A program made the translations under genes and the position numbers. A stretch of 32,000 nt of DNA from Clostridiales bacterium UBA5888 (lineage in GTDB: Bacteria > Bacillota > Clostridia > Oscillospirales > Oscillospiraceae): the NCBI GenBank assembly GCA_002431965.1, contig DJEW01000016.1, forward strand, positions 29,356 through 61,355. Direction: 5' to 3'. The notes below the pieces were generated by a model. That model worked only from the letters and a program-made list of their open reading frames with translations. It did not search any database and had not been told where the DNA came from. Positions 25,585 to 32,000 of the stretch are shown piece by piece (within the stretch, counting starts at the first letter, position 1; each line of letters starts with the position of its first letter).

Positions 25585-25602
25585 CAGGAGCTTACCAACA
25601 GC

Positions 25603-25637
25603 GGCAGAGCAGATACGACGCTCTGCCATTTGTTCTT
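25603..25637 (+). terminator. Intrinsic terminator after the AGCS gene
   Basis: GGCAGAGC / GCTCTGCC (8 bp, 9-nt loop), followed by ATTTGTTCTT. Confidence 0.55.
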
Positions 25638-25676
25638 CAATATTTTCAAAATATTATAGCTGTGCAGCGAGAAACA

Positions 25677-25685
25677 TGGTATAAT
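25677..25685 (+). promoter_or_regulatory. Extended -10 promoter element upstream of the GPH transporter
   Basis: TGgTATAAT at 25677-25685. No good -35. Confidence 0.35.
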
Positions 25686-25729
25686 TATTAAAGAAAACAC
25701 AACAAGCACTATGAAAGGATGCCGTCACC

Positions 25730-27220
25730 ATGGACAAAGAGCTCAGACTGCGAAAAAGAAACCTAATAATGTACCCTCTGGGCACAGTCGGAAGAGACAT
25801 GATATACAATCTCTTCACAAATTTTATCCTTACCTACATACTTTTCACACGCAAGCTCAATGCGGCGCAGCTTGCCGCGATAACGGTCATCATGGTCGGC
25901 GCCCGCATTTTCGACGCGCTCAACGACCCCATCATGGGCAATATTATTGAGCGCACGCGCACAAAATGGGGCAAATTCAAGCCGTGGCTGGTCATCGGCA
26001 TCCTCTCGACCTCCGTGGTGGTGTACCTCGCGTTCAACACCGATTTGCATGGGTGGAGCTTTATCTGGTTTTTCGGCGTGATATATTTCATGTACAGTAT
26101 CACTTACACAATGCATGACATCTCATATTGGGGCATGATCCCATCCCTCGGTCGGGATTCACACGTGCGCAATCAGTTCACCTCTCGCGCGACGCTTTTT
26201 GCCGGGATCGGCGGCGCTCTTGCGGGCTTCCTTATCCCGCGCTTTACCACCGGCGCAGGTACGCTCGGCGGCTCGGCGAGCTATGCTTTCGGACGCATTG
26301 CGCTTGTCATATGCATCATTGCGCCTCTCTTCATGTGCTTCACGGTGTTCGGCGTGCGCGAGAACCGCGACTATGAGAAGGAAAACGTGCCTCCTGTGAG
26401 CTTCAAGAAGATCATTGGCACGATCGGTGGCAATGACCAGCTTTTGTGGATCGCGCTGATTTTTCTTATCCAGCAGATAGGCAACGGCGTGGTGCTTGGA
26501 GGGCTCGGCTCGACGTATCTGTATTTTGACCTTGGCTACCAGGGCGGATATTACTCCAACTTTTCCACGTTCGGTCTTGCGGCGACGGCTGTGCTTATGG
26601 TATTCTATCCTGCGATTTCCCGGAAAATAAACAGAAAGCCGTTCATGGGCGTGATGACAGTCACCGCCGCTGCGGGCTATGCGGTGATGTTCTTTGTCGG
26701 GGCGTTCATGCCGTCCTCCTCTCCTGCGCTCAAATGCTGGCTGATGACTGCGGGCTATATGCTCGCAAACTTCGGGCAGTACAGCTTCTATCTTATAATG
26801 ATGATCTCCATTCTCAACACGGTTGAATATAACGAGCTGACGCGCGGCGAACGCGACGAGGCGATCATCGCGTCGCTCCGCCCCTTCCTGACAAAGCTTT
26901 CCTCCGCTCTTGTCTCCGTTATAACCTATATATGCTACATTGTCTTTGGCGTGCTCAATTACACCAACGAAATATCAGAGCTGGAGCAGCTCACATCCAT
27001 GGGCGAGCTGAGCGAGGCGGCAAAGCTCGGCGAGATTGCGGACGTTATCACCAAAGTGCAGCCCGGGCAGAAGTTCGGACTTCTCGTTTGCATCACGATT
27101 GTGCCGTTTATTTTCATGTTTGTGTCCTACGTGCTTTATAAAAAGCATTATAAGCTCGACGAAAACGAATATGACCGCATCTGCGCGCAGCTTGCCGCGC
27201 ACAAGGGAGCCGAGGCATGA
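25730..27220 (+). CDS. Glycoside-pentoside-hexuronide (GPH):cation symporter family transporter
   Basis: GARIFDALNDPIMGNIIERTRTKWGKFKPW signature. About 12 TM segments. 496 aa. Confidence 0.85.
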   Translation: MDKELRLRKRNLIMYPLGTVGRDMIYNLFTNFILTYILFTRKLNAAQLAAITVIMVGARIFDALNDPIMGNIIERTRTKWGKFKPWLVIGILSTSVVVYLAFNTDLHGWSFIWFFGVIYFMYSITYTMHDISYWGMIPSLGRDSHVRNQFTSRATLFAGIGGALAGFLIPRFTTGAGTLGGSASYAFGRIALVICIIAPLFMCFTVFGVRENRDYEKENVPPVSFKKIIGTIGGNDQLLWIALIFLIQQIGNGVVLGGLGSTYLYFDLGYQGGYYSNFSTFGLAATAVLMVFYPAISRKINRKPFMGVMTVTAAAGYAVMFFVGAFMPSSSPALKCWLMTAGYMLANFGQYSFYLIMMISILNTVEYNELTRGERDEAIIASLRPFLTKLSSALVSVITYICYIVFGVLNYTNEISELEQLTSMGELSEAAKLGEIADVITKVQPGQKFGLLVCITIVPFIFMFVSYVLYKKHYKLDENEYDRICAQLAAHKGAEA

Positions 27221-27990
27221 GTATCAGCAGCCTTGCGGTTAAGCTTGCCGCCCCAGCGCCGAAAATAGAGCGTTTCCAACGCTTTCTTTTCATCGGTCCG
27301 CACCCGGACGATATTGAGATAGGCGCAGGCGCAACGGCGGCGAAGCTTGCGTCTGAGGGAAAGGACATGTGCTTTCTCGTCTGCACTGACGGGCGATATG
27401 GCAGCGCGAATCTCGCATCACCCATGCTGCCTGAGGCTCTCGCCGCGCGGCGGCGTGGCGAGGCTGAAAAGTCAGCCGCCGCACTTGGAGTGCATGACGT
27501 GCGCTTTCTCGATCTGACTGACGGCGGATTTTATGCGAGAGACGACCTTTTTCGCAGCATTTGTCGTGTTATAGGCGAATTCAAGCCTGAGGTCGTGTTC
27601 GCACCGGATCCCTGCGTCACAAGCGAGTGTCATGTTGACCACCTGAATGTTGGCGAATGTGCGCGCCGCGCGGCATATCTTGCGCCATACGAAGAGATAA
27701 TGACCGGTTACGGCGCAGCAGGCGCGCCGGTAGCAGCGCTCGCCTACTATATGACGGCAAAGCCCACGCAGTATATAAAGACCACAGGTTACGTTAAACG
27801 CCAGCTTGACGCGATATTCAAAAACCATATCAGTCAGTTCCCGCCCGGCTGCGGGGACGCGAAGTCTATTTCGCTCTATATACGTCTGCGCGCCGCAGAT
27901 TTCGGTCTGCGCTCGCTCAAGTGCAGCGCGGAAGGCTTCCGCGTGCTCGGCGTGACGCAGATGCACTGCCTCCCCGAAGCCGGACTTTAA
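27217..27990 (+). CDS. PIG-L/LmbE family N-acetylglucosaminyl deacetylase
   Basis: FIGPHPDDIEIGAGAT and ECHVDHLNVGE (HxDH) zinc-binding motifs. ATGA overlap with the GPH gene. Confidence 0.85.
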   Translation: MSISSLAVKLAAPAPKIERFQRFLFIGPHPDDIEIGAGATAAKLASEGKDMCFLVCTDGRYGSANLASPMLPEALAARRRGEAEKSAAALGVHDVRFLDLTDGGFYARDDLFRSICRVIGEFKPEVVFAPDPCVTSECHVDHLNVGECARRAAYLAPYEEIMTGYGAAGAPVAALAYYMTAKPTQYIKTTGYVKRQLDAIFKNHISQFPPGCGDAKSISLYIRLRAADFGLRSLKCSAEGFRVLGVTQMHCLPEAGL

Positions 27991-28033
27991 AAACATCAAG
28001 GCTCGCCGCAGTCTGCGGCGAGCCTTGATGTTT
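27991..28033. terminator. Bidirectional terminator, 20-bp perfect stem
   Basis: AAACATCAAGGCTCGCCGCA-GTC-TGCGGCGAGCCTTGATGTTT, between convergent genes. Confidence 0.8.
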
Positions 28034-28041
28034 ATGCGGTT

Positions 28042-30144
28042 TCATACAGAGAACAAAAGCTCCGTAAACGTAGGATAAGACCAGTATTTTGTTGCGGTAA
28101 GAAGCTCCAGCTTGTCGATGACCGCACGCACCTCTGCGGTCTTTTTCTCAACCTGATTGTGATAATAGTCAAGCAGCTCCTCAGCTGCGGCATTCGGATT
28201 GACGGTCTCAATCGCGGTTTTGAGTTCCACAGTCTTTTCAAGAAGCTCATCATTGAGAATGCACAGCGCATTAACAAGTGAAGTCTCCACATGATGGGGT
28301 GCGCCGGGAATGGCAGCGTATTTTGCCGCGATGGTGCTGCAAAGCTTCTCCTCGTACTCGGACACAGCGCTGATTATGCCGTGCTGCACAATGTCCACAA
28401 GCGTCGCCGCCTCGATATGGATGACCTTGCAGAATTTTTCGATGTGAATACCATGGCGCGCCATGATCTCTTCGTATGTGTACACGCCTTGGCGGGTCAG
28501 AAGCTCAATGTTCTTGGGCAGTATATATGTCGGCAGCGCTTCGGCAGTATTGCGCAGATTTGCAAGACCGCGGCGCTTCGCCTCGGCAATCCAAGCACTG
28601 TCATAGCCGTTGCCGTTGAAGACAATACGGCGGTGGTCGGTGAACGCTTTCTTTATAAGGCAGTGCAGAGCATCATTGAAGTTGTCAGCGTCCTCCAGCT
28701 CCGCCGAAAACCGGCTTAACTCATCCGCCATGATGGCGTTCAGCACGGTAACAGGTCCGGCTATGGACTGGCTTGAGCCAGCCATGCGAAATTCAAACTT
28801 ATTGCCGGTGAATGCCAGCGGCGATGTGCGGTTTCGGTCGGTTGTATCCTGCGGAATGGCGGGCAGCACGTCCACGCCTATGCGCAGTGTGCGGTGTTCA
28901 GGCTCGGAATATCCGCGCTCGTCGATTATAGCGTCGATTATCCCCTCCAGCTCTGCCCCAAGGAACACGGAGATAATCGCAGGAGGCGCTTCCTGCGCTC
29001 CAAGGCGATGGTCATTACCGGCAAACGCGACCGAGCAGCGAAGAAGCTCCTGATACTCGTCAACACCCTTTACGAAAGCCGCCAGAAAAAGCAGAAATGC
29101 AGCGTTCTGGCTGGGGGTCTTTCCGGGAGAAAAGAGGTTCAAACCGGTATCGGTGGACAGCGACCAGTTGATGTGCTTGCCAGATCCGTTCACGCCCGCA
29201 AAGGGCTTTTCATGCAGCAGGCACACCATGCCATGGCGCTCCGCAACCTTTTTCATCGTCTCCATGACGAGCTGGTTCTGATCGCTTGCCGTATTGGCGT
29301 CCGTGTATATGGGCGCCATCTCGTGCTGTGCCGGCGCGACCTCATTATGCTTTGTCTTTGCGAGCACGCCAAGCTTCCACAGCTCTTCATCCAGATCGCG
29401 CATATACTCCGCCACGCGGGGACGGATGACGCCAAAATAATGGTCGTCCAGCTCCTGCCCTTTAGGGGGTTTTGTGCCGAAGAGCGTTCTGCCGCAAAGG
29501 CGCAGATCCTCACGCTTATTGAACATATTGCGGTCAATAAGGAAATACTCCTGCTCCGCACCGACCTGCGGCGTTACGCGCTCGACTTCCTTGTCGCCGA
29601 AAAGGCGCAGCACGCGCAGCGCCTCGCGGTTGACAGACTCCATTGAGCGCAGCAGCGGCGTTTTCTTGTCAAGTGCCGCGCCGCCGTACGAGCAGAACAC
29701 TGTCGGGATGCACAGGCTCCCGTCCTTTATGAACGCAAACGCTGTGGGATCCCATGCGCTGTAGCCGCGGGCCTCGAATGTGGCGCGCAGTCCGCCTGTG
29801 GGAAAGCTGGAGGCGTCCGGCTCGCCGCAGACAAGCTGAGATCCGGAGAAATCCATTATCACGCGGCCTCCGCCGGCATTTTTGATAAAGCTGTCGTGCT
29901 TCTCGGCGGTAATGCCGGTCATCGGCTGGAACCAATGCGTATAATGCGTCGCTCCGCGCTCCAGCGCCCAGGTTTTCATCGCGTCCGCAATGTCATTCGC
30001 GACCGACAGCGGCAGCGGCTTTCCGGTTTTAAGACTGTCGCGCCAGCCCTGCATCGCAGCGGCGGGCACATAGCGCTCCATCGCGCGCTCATTGAACACC
30101 ATACTACCGAAAAGCTCCGGTATGCGGTTTGCTTTCTCTGTCAT
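28042..30144 (-). CDS. glnN: Glutamine synthetase type III
   Basis: 700 aa from ATG 30144 (GGAGGAC lies 6 nt upstream). FGSMVFNERAM N-terminal GSIII domain. Catalytic region EVAPAQHE, NGSGKHINWS. Confidence 0.9.
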   Translation of the reverse strand: MTEKANRIPELFGSMVFNERAMERYVPAAAMQGWRDSLKTGKPLPLSVANDIADAMKTWALERGATHYTHWFQPMTGITAEKHDSFIKNAGGGRVIMDFSGSQLVCGEPDASSFPTGGLRATFEARGYSAWDPTAFAFIKDGSLCIPTVFCSYGGAALDKKTPLLRSMESVNREALRVLRLFGDKEVERVTPQVGAEQEYFLIDRNMFNKREDLRLCGRTLFGTKPPKGQELDDHYFGVIRPRVAEYMRDLDEELWKLGVLAKTKHNEVAPAQHEMAPIYTDANTASDQNQLVMETMKKVAERHGMVCLLHEKPFAGVNGSGKHINWSLSTDTGLNLFSPGKTPSQNAAFLLFLAAFVKGVDEYQELLRCSVAFAGNDHRLGAQEAPPAIISVFLGAELEGIIDAIIDERGYSEPEHRTLRIGVDVLPAIPQDTTDRNRTSPLAFTGNKFEFRMAGSSQSIAGPVTVLNAIMADELSRFSAELEDADNFNDALHCLIKKAFTDHRRIVFNGNGYDSAWIAEAKRRGLANLRNTAEALPTYILPKNIELLTRQGVYTYEEIMARHGIHIEKFCKVIHIEAATLVDIVQHGIISAVSEYEEKLCSTIAAKYAAIPGAPHHVETSLVNALCILNDELLEKTVELKTAIETVNPNAAAEELLDYYHNQVEKKTAEVRAVIDKLELLTATKYWSYPTFTELLFSV

Positions 30145-30178
30145 CGCAAAGTCCTCCGTAATCAAAAGTGAAAGCACT

Positions 30179-30198
30179 CATCCCCCTCTCGGGGGATG
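30179..30198 (-). other. GC hairpin between the CofE-like gene and glnN (partial terminator or processing element)
   Basis: CATCCCCC-N4-GGGGGATG (8 bp). On the minus strand it is followed by AGTGCTTTCACTTTT, an imperfect U-tract. No recognisable promoter between it and the glnN RBS. Confidence 0.4.
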
Positions 30199-30211
30199 TA
30201 TGGTGCGGATT

Positions 30212-31405
30212 TTATTCCGCGGTATAGTTATCAAAATATCCCTGAATATAGACTATCGGCGTGCCCTTGTCGCCGCTGCCGGATGTGAGATCGCACAGTG
30301 AGCCGATAAGGTCGGTCAGACGGCGCGGAGTCGTCCCCTCAGACACCATCTGCCCCACGAGGCTGCCGTCCTTCTTCTTTATCTCGTCCTTTATCGCGTC
30401 TCGCAGCGCCTCGCCTGTGAGAGAAGCAAAATTATTGTCCGCAAGGTACTTGAGCTTCAGCTCGTTTGGCGTACCCTCAAGTCCCGCAGTGTACGCCGGA
30501 GAGACCGTCGGATCGGCAAGCTCCCATATTTTGCCCACGGGGTCTTTGAAAGCGCCGTCGCCATAGACCATGACCTCAACGTGCTTGCCGGTGAGATTGA
30601 GCATACGCTGCTGAATGTCATCCACAAGCTCCTGACATTCGCGCGGGAAGAGCTTGACCTTGTCCTCTGTCGCCTTGTTTGTGCCGAGAAGCCCGAATTT
30701 CTCGTTGAAGCCGCTGCCGTTCACAGGCGCAATGAGAATATCGTCAAGACCAAAAACACGCTCAGCCCCGGCAGCCTTGAGGATGCGTTTTGTGCGCTCG
30801 CGGGTGTGAATATCACAGTTTATGACATTTTTCGTATAACCAAGAATCGCGCGTGCATCGTTTGCAAAAATCACCTCCGCCTCTGCACCGCACTCACGGA
30901 TGAGATCCGTGTAATAGGCAACATAGTCCATGCCGGTGAACGGATGCTTCGGATAACCAAAGAGCTCTCTGTATTTTTCAAGCGTCAGCACATCGCGGTA
31001 AGGGTCAATGCCCTTCTCGTCAAGCATATCCTGTGAAATCAGATGGTTGCCGACCTCGTCCGAGGGATATGACAGCATGAGCACTACCTTCTTTGCGCCC
31101 TTGGCGATGCCGCGCAGGCAGATCGCAAAGCGGTTGCGGCTGAGAATTGGAAAAATAACGCCTACTGTTTCTCCGCCGAGCTTCGTGCGGACATCCTCTG
31201 CAATGTCATCGACCGTTGCGTAGTTGCCCTGAGCGCGGGCAACGATGGCCTCTGTCATCGCTATAATATCTCTGTCGCCAACCTCGAGCTCGCCGTTGGA
31301 CTGCGCCTGCATGACACAGCCGGTCACGATTTCGGAGAGATCATCACCCTCGCGGATAATGGGTGCGCGCAGACCTCTGGACGTTGTCCCTACCATTCTA
31401 GGCAT
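30212..31405 (-). CDS. CofE-fold (F420-0:gamma-glutamyl ligase family, PF01996-like) protein, enlarged 397-aa form
   Basis: N-terminus LRAPIIREGDDL...DIIAMTEAIVARAQGN and C-terminus GDGAFKDPVG..WELADP...SGSGDKGTPIV match the CofE pattern. An insertion of about 130 aa lies between them. Confidence 0.7.
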   Translation of the reverse strand: MPRMVGTTSRGLRAPIIREGDDLSEIVTGCVMQAQSNGELEVGDRDIIAMTEAIVARAQGNYATVDDIAEDVRTKLGGETVGVIFPILSRNRFAICLRGIAKGAKKVVLMLSYPSDEVGNHLISQDMLDEKGIDPYRDVLTLEKYRELFGYPKHPFTGMDYVAYYTDLIRECGAEAEVIFANDARAILGYTKNVINCDIHTRERTKRILKAAGAERVFGLDDILIAPVNGSGFNEKFGLLGTNKATEDKVKLFPRECQELVDDIQQRMLNLTGKHVEVMVYGDGAFKDPVGKIWELADPTVSPAYTAGLEGTPNELKLKYLADNNFASLTGEALRDAIKDEIKKKDGSLVGQMVSEGTTPRRLTDLIGSLCDLTSGSGDKGTPIVYIQGYFDNYTAE

Positions 31406-31462
31406 AATAAAAAATATACTCCTCCGTCATTTATATTGGGATAAAAGCCAAATAACAGAGAG

Positions 31463-31491
31463 AGTATACTATAATCTGATGCACTTGTAAA
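31463..31491 (-). promoter_or_regulatory. Sigma-A-like promoter for the CofE-like gene
   Basis: On the minus strand: TTTACA (31491-31486), 17-nt spacer, TATACT (31468-31463). GGAGGAG RBS before ATG 31405. Confidence 0.4.
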
Positions 31492-31513
31492 TAAATTTTT
31501 GCGACGTAAAGCG

Positions 31514-32000
31514 CTATGAAAGCAGCATCCGGTCGTTGTCGAGCGCCTTGCCGACGCCAACCCTGAAGCGTTCAAGGAGATCGCCAACGGTCAGACCGTT
31601 TCGCTCCTCATTTCCGACGTCAAGTATGATGCGGCCAGAGTCCATCATAAGCGTCCGGTTGCCAAGCTCAAGCGCAGACTGCATGTTGTGCGTTATCATC
31701 AGGCACGTCAATTTGTTTTCATCGACGATCTTCTTTGTCAGCTCAAGCACCTTTCCCGCAGTGCCGGGGTCAAGCGCCGCCGTGTGCTCATCAAGCATCA
31801 GGAGTTTCGGAGGAACGATCGTCGCCATCATGAGCGTGAGCGCCTGACGCTGACCGCCGGACAACAGTCCGACAGGCTGACGGAGTCTGTCCTCAAGTCC
31901 CATGCCGAGCTGGGCGAGCTTTTCGCGGAAAAGCTCGCGATCTGCACTGCCGATATGGGCAAGCCATCCGCCGCGCCCTGCGGCAAGGGCGAGGTTTTCT
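31514..32000 (-). CDS. ABC transporter ATP-binding protein, C-terminal part (5' end lies outside the window)
   Basis: The frame stays open past the ORF-track Met to the window edge (ENLALAAGRGGWLAH...). ABC signature LSGGQRQAL, Walker B LLMLDEHTAALD, H-loop ITHN. Confidence 0.85.
   Translation of the reverse strand, partial: ENLALAAGRGGWLAHIGSADRELFREKLAQLGMGLEDRLRQPVGLLSGGQRQALTLMMATIVPPKLLMLDEHTAALDPGTAGKVLELTKKIVDENKLTCLMITHNMQSALELGNRTLMMDSGRIILDVGNEERNGLTVGDLLERFRVGVGKALDNDRMLLS

Noticed and set aside
25711-25950. 79-aa His/Arg/Gln-rich ORF starting at ATG 25711
   Set aside because: It is out of frame with, and overlaps, the well-supported GPH transporter start at 25730. Its low-complexity basic composition is typical of an off-frame translation.
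30145-30211. Search for a GlnR/TnrA box (TGTNA-N7-TNACA) or a glutamine riboswitch upstream of glnN
   Set aside because: No such palindrome or conserved riboswitch-like structure is present in the 67-nt spacer. Only the 8-bp GC hairpin already listed was found.
1-32000. CRISPR arrays, tRNA/rRNA genes, transposases, toxin-antitoxin pairs, prophage genes
   Set aside because: No direct-repeat arrays, no tRNA-like T-arm/anticodon structures in the longer intergenic spacers (2629-2966, 10508-10771, 14832-15114) and no ORFs with transposase or phage signatures were seen.

Overview
High-GC (roughly 55-65% in coding regions) chromosomal window that looks like a spore-forming Clostridia (Oscillospirales-like) genome. 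That placement is inferred from gene content (spoIVA, cwlD, ruvC, type III glutamine synthetase, PPi-type PFK). Most of the window is housekeeping. In order: xerD 3' end, ruvC-ruvA-ruvB, two small Cys-rich proteins (zinc-ribbon, DUF1858), trmK-nif3, spoIVA, cwlD, radA with a translationally coupled unknown gene, then a convergent tyrosine recombinase. These are followed by a P-type-ATPase-like gene with degenerate catalytic motifs, fba, a divergent pfp/pfk, and a five-gene Liv-type branched-chain amino-acid ABC operon plus a cytidylate-kinase-like gene. Next come an AAA+ (CbbQ/NorQ/MoxR) and NorD-like VWA pair, a divergent papain-fold-like protein plus an alanine:cation symporter, and a GPH symporter coupled to a PIG-L deacetylase. 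The window ends with type III glutamine synthetase preceded by an enlarged CofE-fold protein, and the 3' part of an ABC ATPase. I saw no rRNA, tRNA, CRISPR array, transposase or phage structural genes. Candidates for something new, all hypotheses: (1) a low-GC lone tyrosine recombinase with two dif-like 11-6-11 sites directly upstream; (2) the neighbouring P1B-ATPase homologue lacking the actuator domain and with substituted catalytic motifs; (3) an orphan, abutting AAA+/VWA pair with an atypical Walker A, divergent from a cysteine-peptidase-like gene; (4) an unknown protein coupled to radA; (5) a CofE-like ligase-fold protein upstream of GS type III. All protein calls rest on motif recognition by eye; no database search was possible.
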